The notes under the pieces: model-generated
Seen by the model: only the letters and a program-made list of their open reading frames with translations
Database searches by the model: none
Told to the model about the DNA's origin: nothing
Shown: piece after piece, positions 28,901-40,876 of the stretch
Position numbering within the stretch: the stretch's first letter is position 1
Layout of the letters: every line of letters begins with the position of its first letter
Program-made: the position numbers and the translations under genes
NCBI GenBank assembly: GCA_965644295.1
Contig: CBFFRP010000178.1
Coordinates: 1-64,000 of the forward strand
Direction: 5' to 3'
Origin: Paraphysomonas bandaiensis
Lineage: Eukaryota > Protista > Chrysophyceae
Length of the DNA stretch: 64,000 nucleotides

Positions 28901-29343
28901 GTACATCAAGCTGCCGTATTAATGTGCTGTTGTGTTTATGCAAATGCCATATTTACAGGTAAACCAAGGTTTGTGTTTCTGGATGAAGCTTCAGCTTCTT
29001 TAGACCCTCAATCAGAGGCTCTGATGTATTCAGCCTTGCGCAGAACTCTTTCTCGCAACACAACTTTAATTGCTATCAGCCATCGATTCGATAGGAATAG
29101 TATGAGAGATTTGTGTTCCAAGGTACATTAAAAATGGATATGTAGGACAAGTTGAAAGTGAATTGTATTTATAGGAAGATGTAGTTGTATTTTTAAGAGA
29201 ATTGCGTCTATGGTGTGCAGAATGTGTATACATGACCTACGACTGATATTTTACATTGTGTGAACACTTACTGTGTACAACGTATCCGTCAGGTATTAGA
29301 GCTCAAGGATGGACAGGTGGTTCGATTTGAAGAAAACAAATAG
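22909..29343 (+). CDS. ABCC/MRP-family ABC transporter (ABCC10/MRP7-like)
   Basis: TMD0-like N-terminus. TMD1 (LHDLWALPCQI). NBD1 GAVGSGKST, LSGGQ, ILDD. TMD2 (FFETNSLGRIINRF, ISVERVHEY). NBD2 GRTGSGKSS, LSQGQ, FLDEA, AISHR. Confidence 0.95.
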
Positions 29344-30291
29344 TGAAGAACACTCAAAAATATAAAATATTCGACTGTAGTTATAATTTATGACGAAGTT
29401 ACAGTGGAACGTGTAATTCCTTTCAATGTTGTCCTTTCTGGTTATTTTTGTGTTAATTTTATTCCACGACCTCATGAGCCTGATGAAATTGGACATTTCG
29501 CTGAAGTTAGCCTTGCCCTACATATATACCTTAAACTTACTTTGTTGCACATAATGTACTTCTAACAAAGAATTTATAATTATTTATCTATACATTTCAC
29601 ATAATATTCACTAATCATCTAGTGAATACTTACTTGTTAGATGTTTCCCAAGTCAATCCCACATCCGCTTCTACTTTATATGGACATCGGGGATGCGAAA
29701 CAGATTGTAGTCAGTAGTCAATTTTAATTGCAACTATTTGTCCCAATTAATTGATAATAAACTACGTACTCTTATAGCTGCCAACATAGCTTGCTAAACT
29801 GTCAAAGAAGGCGAAGATTCATGAGTAAATGCCGAGGAGTCATACTCTTGTGCATATCAATCATAACAATCTTAGCTTTACTCAATAATCTTTCGACCTT
29901 ATTGGTTGTGGAATTGCTTATATGTATATAGTAACTAATATACACACTCCAATATGCATAATTGGCACTTAATTGGTGAGAGGTGTCCAACATCCAACAA
30001 TAATAATTGCAATTATTTAACAAGCATCCAACTATTGGGGAATTATTCACCTTCAAATATATTTCCTTTTGGAATTACTTTCTGAACTACAAACTTATCC
30101 CAGAGATACCAAATTTGCATACACAAACATCAACATTTCACAGTGTCTATGTGCTATTCGCTGGCAAAAATATGTCCTTATAATCTTTGCTCTGCTAAAC
30201 AACATCTCAAACACATTGGTAGTGCTTCATTCAACGATATCGTGTTGACAGATTGTGCTTTCGGTGATTAAAATGGTATGTTGATACACGA

Positions 30292-30756
30292 CTACCGCTC
30301 ATACTCTAATGCCATTACTACAGAGAGTACAATACTATTTAAAGTCAACCTTGATACCATTCCTGGAGAGTTTTTCTCAAATATATAATGTCCTATAAGG
30401 ACTTGCATACACCATGATATTACTTGCATACCTAATGCAACAATCCATACATACTGAATTGATATATAGCTTCTAATCATATCTACACATACAGCAAATA
30501 ATACATGCAACCCACTAGTTATATAAGCAATAGTTGTATGAAGTAATAGATGATAGATACTTATAAGAATACATACATTCCAATGAATGTTTATATATGA
30601 GAGAAGTAGAATGAATGCTAACCATTCAATTGGTATCGTGATCATATGTATGTAACGGTTAATGGGATTATGATGATGTGCATTATAATACATACATTCA
30701 TGGTGATATGATGATTGAATAGTAGAAAGGAGATGGTTTATGGATAAGTAAGACAT
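30292..30756 (-). CDS. Mpo1-like / DUF962 membrane protein
   Basis: YYNAHHHNPINRYIHMITIP and WCMQVLIGHYIFEKNSP motifs. Intronless. Start placed at the internal Met at 30756. Confidence 0.88.
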   Translation of the reverse strand: MSYLSINHLLSTIQSSYHHECMYYNAHHHNPINRYIHMITIPIEWLAFILLLSYINIHWNVCILISIYHLLLHTTIAYITSGLHVLFAVCVDMIRSYISIQYVWIVALGMQVISWCMQVLIGHYIFEKNSPGMVSRLTLNSIVLSVVMALEYER

Positions 30757-30853
30757 GTTGAATAGATGAGATAGTGTTAGATATGTATGTATAGATAGAT
30801 ATATGTATGTATAGATAGATGTATGTATAGATATCTGTGTTGTTATACTATAG

Positions 30854-30991
30854 TCCGGCATCCTTTGTATATTTTTGTTCAAAGATGCCTCTAATATTGA
30901 GACAACAATTATATGCATTCCAGCCGTATTTGTATTGCATTTATATAGAAGATTTTTGCTTCAATTTATTTCCGAAATATAAGATGCTGAC
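30854..30991 (+). repeat. ~135-bp dispersed MITE-like repeat, copy A
   Basis: ggcatcctttgtatatttttgttcaaagatgcctctaatattgagacaacaatt...tccgaaatataagatgctga. Six copies in the window. Confidence 0.9.
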
Positions 30992-31179
30992 TGCCTATAT
31001 ATGTGTGTGTATAGCAGTATATATATACTGGGGGTGGTTGTGTGTGTGTCGATTTTATTCGTTAAAAAATCACTTTTTTTCACTTTTCATTGAAAAAACG
31101 ATGATTTTTCAATGAAATAAACCATGAACAAATACATCCCATATGAGGTGAGCATGTACCTACTACAAAGTAGAGTATA

Positions 31180-31317
31180 ATCCTCTGTTTATTTTTGTTT
31201 TTGTTCAAATAGGCCTCTAATATTGAGACAACAATTATCTGTATTCCAGCTGTAGTTGTATATCAGTAATATAGAGCATATTTGCCTCAATTTATTTCCG
31301 AAAAATAAGATGCTAAC
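31180..31317 (+). repeat. ~135-bp dispersed repeat, copy B
   Basis: Same core cctctaatattgagacaacaattatctgtattccagc...tccgaaaaataagatgct. Confidence 0.9.
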
Positions 31318-31792
31318 TGCCGATACATCTGTGTATATATACATAGACGAGCTATTACCACACTGTCATATCCCAGTAAAGTCAATTACGTCCATTACAA
31401 CCTCACGACTAATTCCACTAACTTTCTATGCAACTAGAACTCCAACTTCTTGGCATCTTCTTGTGATCAGCTTCACTAAGGTGTCCCTAATCATCAGTCA
31501 TCTATTTCTGATCCAATACATGAAGCACTTGATGATAAGGAAATCGTTTCTACAATACAGTATACACGTCTGAAAAAAATATTGTTTCATAGATCACAGT
31601 GAGAGAAAGTCTCCTTTGTTCTTCCCTCTCTTATTATGGGCTTCGTTGATCGAATATCCACCAATGAAGGTGTTCAGGTCTGCAAGAAGTCCTTAAAGTG
31701 GGACAGACCGTAGGGCTATTGTGCTTGATTACCGCCGTTACCTATTTGCATACTTGGAATCAAAGGAGGCTTACTTTGTATATATTCTCGGA

Positions 31793-32320
31793 CGTGTATA
31801 CTGTACTGCGGAAATGATTTTCTAATCATTAAGTGATTCAGAAATGAATGACTGATGTTTGGGAAGCCTTGGTAAAGCTTATCACAAGACGATATCAAGA
31901 AGCTGGAGTTCCAGTCGCAGAAAAAGTGAGTTATGATGGGCATAATTGAGCAATTACATCCCTCAGGTTTGTGGTTGATATAAGTGAAGTTTTATTTAAT
32001 ATCAACTTGAATAGGTCAACCTATAAGGACATTCTGAAGTCAGCATAAATAGCACTGAACACACAAGAAGGAGGGCTTTTTGGCTCCTTGGCTTTATGAA
32101 ATTTAGAAAAAGGTATAACATCCAAATTTGTGTGCTGTTTTGTGAGTTGAAAGCCTAGTCAATGCGCCTGTTATGTTGATATAAAATTAGCTCCGACAAC
32201 AACTTTATGTCACAACTAGACGCAACAAACAATAAAATGGTCACATGAAAATATTCTTCGGTCATTAAAATGACTGGGCCGACCTGAAGGGTATCCGGGG
32301 TATTGGGCTGCCTGCTGAAG
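31793..32320 (+). repeat. Left direct repeat flanking the protease gene
   Basis: 31793-32075 is a diverged match to 35484-35790, and 32085-32320 is near-identical to 36136-36371. An inverted partial copy lies at ~31400-31572. Confidence 0.9.
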
Positions 32321-32751
32321 AAAAAGAACTGTGAAGGGGTGGATGGAAATTGATATGCAGAATAAGCTCTCAAGGGGAGGGAGAATAATTTACAACGACA
32401 GCGATATTCGAAAACAATCCTACAGTACTTGTTGCGATATGAAGGTGGTATAGTATGTACTATTATTCCTCATTCATTACTTAATCAGGAGTTGATAGAT
32501 ACTCCTTGAATATATATATAGTCACTGTTATGTCTTTGTGTTTTGTTTGCACTGTATATGACGTTTTAATTCGATTATTTTGTATAGATATATTATTTTC
32601 AAAATTGTATTTATTTCACTATTCGATATATATATGGTAAAAATCATGATATTTTTTGGTAATTTGTATATAACTTCACGAGTAAATTAGAATAAACAAG
32701 ACCCATGTATTTCAAGATAATATTTTATATATGTGTTCATATGAATCAAGC

Positions 32752-32809
32752 CAGGGCCTGGTAACCGTTAATGGTAATGGCGTTTATGATTAATGGTTAT
32801 CAGGCCCTG
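32752..32809. mobile_element. 58-bp hAT-type mini-MITE
   Basis: 21-bp TIRs (CAGGGCCTGGTAACCGTTAAT / ATTAATGGTTATCAGGCCCTG, 2 mismatches) and a perfect 8-bp duplication AATCAAGC at 32744-32751 and 32810-32817. Confidence 0.9.
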
Positions 32810-33307
32810 AATCAAGCTAGGTAATCTTACTTCAGAGAGAGAGCAACGTCAGATACTAATTGTAATGGTGTATGATTGATCAAATTTCAAAATTACATGC
32901 AATCCAAACCACCTCCACACACAGGTGGCGTCATCAATACGTATTTCAACATAACAACAGTCTAATATGCGTATAAAATGACTAAAACGTCAACAGGAAG
33001 TAAAATAAAACTAGAATCAAACGATTTATCAGAAAAAAAGAGCTGCTGGAAGTGATAGGCCGTATTAAACAGCAGATACAAAGTATGACAAGAAACATTA
33101 CTAGCGAAATTCCTAAGAGTTGAATACTTTTAAAAGAAAGAAACTATTAGAATTAAGTCGCAACTTATATATCTCAGAGAACTCAAGCATCGACGACATA
33201 CGTGCATATGCTAGAACATTCGAAGATAAAAGTCTTTTCATCACAATTCTTTCCTAAACGCTAAACTCACCGGCGACCATGCCCTACGAATGATTTAGGG
33301 GTATACT

Positions 33308-34738
33308 CTAGAGACGAAAACAACAGTCCTTAGACTCTGCGACAATAGAAACAATAATGTTCTTTGCCTGTTGTTGAATAACTTTTCTTTGCACCCCACT
33401 CGCCAATTTTTCTTTGGTAAGTAAGTTCTCCTTCGTGTGGGCACGTGCTTGGCTTTCTTGTAGATATATCCCCAAAGCTGTTCCATTAATGTACTTGAAT
33501 TTGATAGGCACCTTGACCTCAGCAAATACAGAAGAAGCTGACTTCTGGGTTCCACGTACTTTTACGCCTTTCCCAGTATTATCTTGAACCTGTAAAACCC
33601 AATACTTGCCATTCGTACCACACTTCGTATCTAGTCTCCAAAACTCGCTACTTTGAAGCGTACTCTCTCTGCCGGTAGTAGAATAAATGGCGATACTTTT
33701 TTCTTCGCTCAGAGCACTGACGAATTCTCCAAAAGATTTTTTGATCTCTTCCAAAGATAACTTTGCGGTTTTACGCAGATAAGATTGCTCTAAACTCACA
33801 AAAGTATTTTTCGCCAGCTTTTCTACACCTTCAGGCAGACCTATCTCTAACATAGAATCTCCTGCTTCAAATGCACGGAACACCTGACGAGTCAAAGTTT
33901 GTTCTTGTTCAGACGTTGTATGTGCTTTAAGGCTTCGTTGCGTATCACCAAGCAACGCATAATCTGTTGAATGCTGCTTTTTGCGCTCTGCAGATTCTGA
34001 AGCCAGTAAACTAGACCTTATTTGCTCAAACTCTTGAACAATGGGTACCACACATGCTAAAAGAGACGTGGTAGAGGTCGAAGCACAAACGAAACGCGCA
34101 TAGAGAGCTCCAATGGTAGCAAATTTCCAATTGGGTGATCTACTAAGCATCAGTTGGGCTGAAAAAATCGGCGTACCGGAGCATCCCTCTTGCAGTATAT
34201 GCTCATCCAAACCACGAAAAAGTAATGGCAACTGAGAAGGTACAGAGCAAGGGACTAGATAATGAACGTCAAAATTAAGATCAACATAAAAGTAATAAAA
34301 ATCCGGGTAAACGTTGTCTAAAGCCAAAGGGCGATCAGGTATCACTGCGTGAGTCTCGGCCGTATTCACTACCACTATATCTGGTGAATCCACGCTCTCC
34401 CAAGGTCGATGAAAAGACTTTTCTGCATTAAGCAAGCATTCTCCGCCATCATATTCTATAAGTGTAATTCCTTCATCTATTTCAGACCGATGCCTGATGA
34501 CATGAGCATTCGATACCAACCAACGCTCGTGCTGAAAAAAACCCATTCCTACTCTACCACAAGCAGTTTTTATTCCAACCAAACCAGGAAAAATATTCTG
34601 CTCTATTTGAGTAGAAAGAGAGTCTTTCTTGTTAAAATTCTCTTTTATGATCTGTTCATTTTCAGCATCATGTTCCTCTAGTTCTTTAGCTACTTTAGAA
34701 AATAATCTTTTCCTACTTTCTTCATATTTTATATTCAT
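33308..34738 (-). CDS. Intronless trypsin-like serine protease (476 aa) with unrecognised C-terminal domain
   Basis: GMGFF..WLVSNAHVI (His), SPDIVVV (Asp), EGCSGTPIF (Ser) form a complete triad in the N-terminal half. No signal peptide evident. Confidence 0.85.
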   Translation of the reverse strand: MNIKYEESRKRLFSKVAKELEEHDAENEQIIKENFNKKDSLSTQIEQNIFPGLVGIKTACGRVGMGFFQHERWLVSNAHVIRHRSEIDEGITLIEYDGGECLLNAEKSFHRPWESVDSPDIVVVNTAETHAVIPDRPLALDNVYPDFYYFYVDLNFDVHYLVPCSVPSQLPLLFRGLDEHILQEGCSGTPIFSAQLMLSRSPNWKFATIGALYARFVCASTSTTSLLACVVPIVQEFEQIRSSLLASESAERKKQHSTDYALLGDTQRSLKAHTTSEQEQTLTRQVFRAFEAGDSMLEIGLPEGVEKLAKNTFVSLEQSYLRKTAKLSLEEIKKSFGEFVSALSEEKSIAIYSTTGRESTLQSSEFWRLDTKCGTNGKYWVLQVQDNTGKGVKVRGTQKSASSVFAEVKVPIKFKYINGTALGIYLQESQARAHTKENLLTKEKLASGVQRKVIQQQAKNIIVSIVAESKDCCFRL

Positions 34739-34818
34739 AATACTATTTAATTCTTATCCGTAAAAGTATGTATGTATATATATATATAATCAACTTAACA
34801 AGTCTTGAGTTCTGTTTA

Positions 34819-34945
34819 CTTTTTCGGAAATAAATTGAAGCAAAATTACTCTATATATTTGCAATACAACTACAGCTGGAATACAGATAATTGTTATCTC
34901 AATATTAGAGGCCTCTTTGAACAAAAATATACAAAGAATGCCGAT
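34819..34945 (-). repeat. ~135-bp dispersed repeat, copy C
   Basis: Reverse-complement copy ending about 80 bp upstream of the protease ATG. Confidence 0.9.
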
Positions 34946-35333
34946 ACGAGGAAGGAGTACGTAATAATGACCTACGTATATACCAGAATAGTTATATGAT
35001 GCAATGTTCCACTGATTCTTCCTATCATTTTTTTTTTCCTTGATGGTTGGAATTTCTTGATTCTTGTAATAATGAATCTGGACTCTACATTGTTGTATGT
35101 ACACTATCTACAGTTTTTTTGAGAATTTCACTTTAAGCAAATGTAAAAACTGGATATTACTCTAATAATAGGAAATGTGTAGTTTTTTTAGGGCTTTCTA
35201 ACGAGCTATTCAGCTTAAAAATTGGTGAACATTTTCTTAATTAATGTGTCAAAACCTTGATTTTTAGGCTTCTTATAAAAACCCTGTACATTGTACATAC
35301 AGTATATGTACAGTATATAGACATATGGCATGT

Positions 35334-35423
35334 GTGGGAAAAAGTCGACCAGGCAATAATTTAGAATATACAGAGTATACAGCTAAAAAACAGGGATATT
35401 TTACCTGGTCGACTTTTTCCCAC
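35334..35423. repeat. 90-bp element with perfect 20-bp terminal inverted repeats
   Basis: GTGGGAAAAAGTCGACCAGG ... CCTGGTCGACTTTTTCCCAC. A diverged relative lies at ~48136-48185. Confidence 0.85.
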
Positions 35424-35483
35424 CCACAGATACCACTCTGTATGTGAAGCTGTGTAGACTTCAGAGAGGGAGCTGCCGATATG

Positions 35484-36371
35484 CGTGTATACTGTACCAC
35501 CGCGGAAATGGTTTCCTCATCATTAAGTGATTCATATATCGGACTAGAAATCGATGAGTGATATTAACGAAGCTTTAGTGAAGTTAATCACAAGACAATA
35601 TCAAGAAGCTGAAATTCCAGTTACAGAGAAAGTTCCAGTTGGAGTTCTGATGAGCATAATTGAGCAATTGTTTCCCTCAGATTTGTAGTTGATAGAAGCA
35701 AAGTTTTTATTGAATAACAACTTCAATAGATCAACCTATAAGAACATTTTGATGTCAGCATATATAGCGCTGAACACACAAAAGGAGGGTGCTGACATAT
35801 GCTGTATAAGGTCAGCCTAATGAAGCATGTTTTAGCACCTTTAGATACTATGAGTGGAATATCGAAGAAGGATGCCTCCGAAGTTTGTGGAGTGAGTTGA
35901 AGACAAGTCTACAGAAGGTGTACACAGAAAGGGGAAAGGGGGGTACGGCTCTCATGCCGCTTAGGCATTCTTCCTGAGCAAGAAAGGCTCTTCATATCGT
36001 AATAAAACGAAAGTTTTATTACTCCTTCCTTTCTCACATTCGTAGACTTTCATATATAATTTATTACTTTATATATATTTAAATTATCATATATATTTAT
36101 ATTACTAATGAAATATATACATTTGGCTTTTTGCTTCCTTGGCTTTATGAAGTTTAGAAAAAGGTATAACATCCAAATTTGTGTGCTGTTTTGTGAGTTG
36201 AAAGCCTAGGCAATGCGCCTGTTATGTTGATATAAAATTAGCTCCGACAACAACTTTATGTCACAACTAGACGCACCAAACAATAAAATGGTCACATGAA
36301 AATATTCTTCGGTCATTAAAATGACTGGGCCGACCTGAAGGGTATCCGGGGTATTGGGCTGCCTGCTGAAG
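35484..36371 (+). repeat. Right direct repeat flanking the protease gene, containing a decayed HTH-coding (transposase-like) segment
   Basis: Matches 31793-32320 with an extra ~335 bp that translates ISKKDASEVCGVS*RQVYRR. Confidence 0.8.
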
Positions 36372-36831
36372 TCAAACATCCGGGATGTTCACCGTAAGGA
36401 CTAAAAAACCTGAAGTCAGCAGATGTCAGGTATATCAACATTCTGCTTGCTCACGGCGTTTGCTTTGAGTGATAGAGCGGAGGTGGTTGAACCTTGGTGC
36501 TTGCGGCGACGCACAAGCAGCCTCCGTAGAGTTAAATAATAGAATAATAGAGTTCGTACTAGTTAGTTACAGGTAGACGTCTACCAAGCTTGACTAGTTT
36601 TTATCTAGCTACTAAGCTGGCACTGATAATAAGTCTTTCAATAATATGTATGTACTATGTATGTGCAGCATGCAGCAGTATCTAGATATGAGTATTCTGA
36701 GACATCATCAATAGAGGGTGCATACCAGAAATTACTTCATCATAGTTAAACTTTTATTATGCTCACTAACAGCAGTCGTGGAAACCCATAACATATCATA
36801 GAGGTAATTATGGTGTGATGTATACTAATAT

Positions 36832-36833
<2 letters not shown>

Positions 36834-36863
<30 letters not shown>

Positions 36864-36910
36864 CATACATACATACATACATACATACATACATACATAC
36901 ATACATACAT
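36834..36910. repeat. (TACA)n microsatellite, ~19 units
   Basis: Direct reading. Confidence 0.97.
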
Positions 36911-37350
36911 CTACACATACATCATACATACTATATATTGCAGCTCTACATAAAAACAAGCGTTGAGTCACTCAAGACACACATACAGTACATACTAAGG
37001 GAGATGTTATACATACACATAGCTATACATACATAGTTGTATATAGATATGTATGTGGTGTGGTTAGAAGTAACCGTTGATTTACTTTACTATTCAATGA
37101 GTAACTCTTATCATACGTACGATGATGATTAATATCTACTAAAGATATGCGCTTCTATTCAAGATAGAGCCGTATCTTTTAACGATTTCAACTTCTCTGT
37201 TTTGTGGCGTTTCATGATATAGATCAAGCTATTATCTCTTTTTTCAACTAGCCACTACATTGGTGCAGAATTTTAACGCCTATTGCTAAATAATCAGACT
37301 TTCAATATATATCACTTTTTGTATGTTACAATACCTACGCCGTAATGAAC

Positions 37351-38230
37351 ATTACTACTGTATATTTAAAATATCTTAAAGTAAGCTCGTATCTTATAGT
37401 ACTTGTTGGGGTCTATAGTTTTACGTAGTTGTATATGTTTCAAGCCATTATTAAGTTGGGGATGTTAATGTTTTCATATCGTTGGAATAAGCAATGAGCT
37501 AAGCACTAAAGTTATGTGCGCCGTTGAAATTTGTATTCGTCATAATGACCATGGTTCCAGACCTGCATCAACAAAATCACGTACTAATAAAATGATCTAC
37601 ATAATATATACCTGTATTCCAGCACCTCTGTATTGATCAATGATATCTACAAGAACATTTTGACTTCAGTAGCAATTTCCTGGGGCGTATAGAGTAAAAG
37701 ATACTTAAATATAGAGTTTTCACCTTAAAATTAGATTGCAGAAATCTGATACTCTTCTTTTCATCATCCGATATTTTCAAAGGTTTTTTGTCTTTGCAGT
37801 CTTCTTCCCTCCAATTCGGCATATATGAGTTTGAAAAAACTACTACGGGACGGGATTTCAACTCCATAGATTGGCGCACAAACTGTTCGAAAAGGTCTTT
37901 CTTACGGTTGTCTCCTGCGTCGCAGTTGAAACTTTGCTCCCAGTGGATGATATCAGCGTCAGTTCCAGCAAAAGCATTGACACATAAATCATAAGGAATG
38001 CAAGGATTATTGCCAAGTGCAACATTTCGAGACACTAATTTAATATTCACTGCCTCAGGTGCAGGAGTCACAAGACGACCTGTTCGTTCAGTGAAAGGTT
38101 GATCTTATCCAACTTTTAAGAACATTTAATAATTCTTTTAATATTTTGCTTTGAAATTTTACTCTATATATATACACTATAAATATATTATTAAATAAGA
38201 CAATAGTTAGTATACCCACGACGACGGCAA
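37351..38230 (-). pseudogene. Deleted, degenerate duplicate of the SGNH-like gene at 46115-47892 and its 3' flank
   Basis: 37351-37525 matches 45781-45969, then the copy jumps to match ~46893-47720. It lacks most of the last exon, the GSSVTAGHD motif and the N-terminus. Confidence 0.92.
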
Positions 38231-38488
38231 TAATATATAATTTATTATAATAATTGTTCAATTTTTAGCTAAGCCTTAGTAGACTTTTTAATCATATCAG
38301 GATACATTTAGGATATATCAGATATCAGATAGTCAGATATGGTGTACGAGCATCTAGTTGCATTCCACTTACCATAAACAAGTAATAGTAGCGGCACTAC
38401 CATTAATTGGCTGATATCACCGCTGAACAAATGAACTGAAACTATCAGCTACTGCAATCACCAAACTCTTAGGCGTATCGCGGTGTCA

Positions 38489-39772
38489 TTACACCTCTGT
38501 GACATTGGAATAGCCGACGATATTAGGTTGCGTCAACGCAGCACTGTTGAAGTTAGTTGCATCAGAAGAAGGAATCAGGAATGGGGCGATAAGTGATGCA
38601 GTGGTAGCGTCATTCAACAAACAATGTGTTGACGGTCGTGCTGCCGCTGATTTTTCTAGGCACATTGTGATTAAGCGCAATAGCGGATCATGATATGTAC
38701 CAGCCCCCGCTATGTCAGGAATTGGTTGAGGGGTTTTCTGCAAGACGTCCTGTACACTTTCGAAGGGGAAATGTTTCCATTTATCCATGCCCACGCCGAA
38801 CTCAACGCACATCGCGTAGAGCGTCAATCCGAATGCCCAAATATCACTCTTGATCGACGTCGTATTCGTTAAATAAAATTCAGGGGCCAAGAATAGTCTA
38901 AACCCCATGGGGCTCGCCACACCGTATGTGTTGCTAATTTTCTTGCATATGCCAAAGTCTCCGAGTTTGTATATCGGACTGTCCCCTTTTCGAGAAAAAA
39001 CAAAAATGTTGTCAGGTTTAATATCTCTGTGCAGAATGTGGTTAGCATGTAAATATGACAGGGCTAGGAGCATATGAGCACAAGCACTTATGACGATGTC
39101 CTCTTTCACATGTCCCTTGGCGCGTTTAATGAGGTCGTTGAGAGTTCCGCCTGCACAATATTCCGTCACCATCGAAGCATTTCCATTGTAATCAATGCAC
39201 TGGTAAAATTTGATGATTGCAGGATGGGATAAGCGTCGCAGATTATTTATTTCGTTTTCCAGAGCTTTTGTACTTGCTTCGACGCGATGTTGCTCAATAG
39301 GACCGTCAGTATTAATCTGTATAGTCTTAAGTGCGAGATATGTGTCAACTGGGAGAAATCGGTCGTGTCCCATGATCAAACCAAACTTTACACGATAGAC
39401 AGTTCCAAAACACCCAGCTCCTAAGGTCGATATCTCTTTAATATGTCTTTGAAGAGGAGGAAATGGAGCTTTTTTCCTTAAGTAAATCAAAGCTGCTTTT
39501 GTTACACTGTCAGTATTCGGATTTCTTGGAATTTTCTCCCATACTTTGTCAGCATTAACCCATTCCCATGATTTATTACCAAATCGATATCGTATTAAAA
39601 TGTTATTATAAAACAATCCACGATCAATATAGTAACATCCATCGTAACATCCATCAGTATATGGTCCATATACATACCTTAAAGCTGAAACATTATGTTT
39701 CTTATCATCTTTAAAAGCAGATACATTAAATCCTAAAAATGACCAAAATCCATTTGATGATTCAACTCCCAT
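38489..39772 (-). CDS. Intronless Ser/Thr protein kinase (NEK-like catalytic domain) with MGxxxS start and Trp/Tyr-rich N-terminal domain
   Basis: GAGCFG, ALK, HRDIKPDN, DFG, APE and DIWAFG are all intact. Confidence 0.93.
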   Translation of the reverse strand: MGVESSNGFWSFLGFNVSAFKDDKKHNVSALRYVYGPYTDGCYDGCYYIDRGLFYNNILIRYRFGNKSWEWVNADKVWEKIPRNPNTDSVTKAALIYLRKKAPFPPLQRHIKEISTLGAGCFGTVYRVKFGLIMGHDRFLPVDTYLALKTIQINTDGPIEQHRVEASTKALENEINNLRRLSHPAIIKFYQCIDYNGNASMVTEYCAGGTLNDLIKRAKGHVKEDIVISACAHMLLALSYLHANHILHRDIKPDNIFVFSRKGDSPIYKLGDFGICKKISNTYGVASPMGFRLFLAPEFYLTNTTSIKSDIWAFGLTLYAMCVEFGVGMDKWKHFPFESVQDVLQKTPQPIPDIAGAGTYHDPLLRLITMCLEKSAAARPSTHCLLNDATTASLIAPFLIPSSDATNFNSAALTQPNIVGYSNVTEV

Positions 39773-40876
39773 TTTAATTAATAGTGTATTGTTAAAGGTA
39801 TGGACTAGTAGAGTAATAGATAGATGGATATATATATATATATATGCATACAGAGATATGATGAGGAAGATGTAGACTCCCCTACGTACAATACAATCAT
39901 CTATAAGAAGAATATCCTACATAAACCATATCTAGATTTCTAGGAATTTTTCTACAAACATTTTTCATAACAAAGAAAATTCCTAAGAAGAAAAAGTACC
40001 AACATAATCTTGAAGAGTAAATTTTTTTCAGTTTCTTATTTATATATTGGAGACGTTTTTCGACAAAGCGGACCAGTCTGGTCCCACTTCATTTTTTTGT
40101 ATTGTGTTTTTTCGTATGGAACATGAGTGTAGAGCTTTGAAATTGTGGTCAAAATGACCACAATTTCTATTAAGGAGCCAGGCGCCATATCCATATAGAT
40201 AGAGAATAAAAAGTGTGTATTATTGTAGTGTAGACCCATATTGCTGAGCTTGATGGAAGAAACTCCGGCAAGAAGACTCGCCTTGCTGCCGGAGACCATC
40301 TCCCAGTCGGAGATGGTGACTGTATCTTTTAACACCCTACAGTTCGAGCAACAGATAACGTCGATTACTACAAGTCAACTTTGCCACTTTGTGCTTTGGT
40401 AGATATGAATGAACACTTGAAAACGACTGCTACTGATGACACGAGCATTCGTATCCTGGAGAATTTGAGGAGCCTGGACATGGGAAATGTCGATCCGATA
40501 CCATCACTGCTTTTATCAAAGGGACTGTAAAGAGGGCAAGAAATAATGGAAAGAGTTTTGTCAATGTCGCTGATGTTGTCAACGAACTTCCACAAAAATC
40601 CCCTGTAGGGTATCATGTTCAAGAGATGTTCTACCTCGACACAAAAAGTCTGTCAGAGTACCGTCCGCCATCAAAGGGATCAGCGACATAATTGGGTATA
40701 AGTTCTTGCCTTCAGCGGTTGTTTTGCAGGAAGTACCACCCTTGGGAAAAGGAGTTATATTGCCTCACACAGTAAGTGTAATAATCTGCTGTTTAATAAT
40801 TCTTTTCAACACTAATACTGCCGTCTGATAATGCTGATTTTTTTAGTAGGATCTTGTAAGTAAGCGTAGAGGTGCG

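Noticed and set aside
31793-36371. Treating the repeats around the protease as LTRs of a retroelement
   Set aside because: No TG...CA boundaries, gag/pol, PBS or TSD seen. The enzyme is a serine protease, not a retroviral aspartic protease.
36199-36640. Possible solo LTR (TGAAAG...CTTTCA) containing a GC-rich hairpin at ~36478-36526
   Set aside because: No target-site duplication, primer-binding site or clear PPT. The hairpin fits no tRNA or other ncRNA I recognise.
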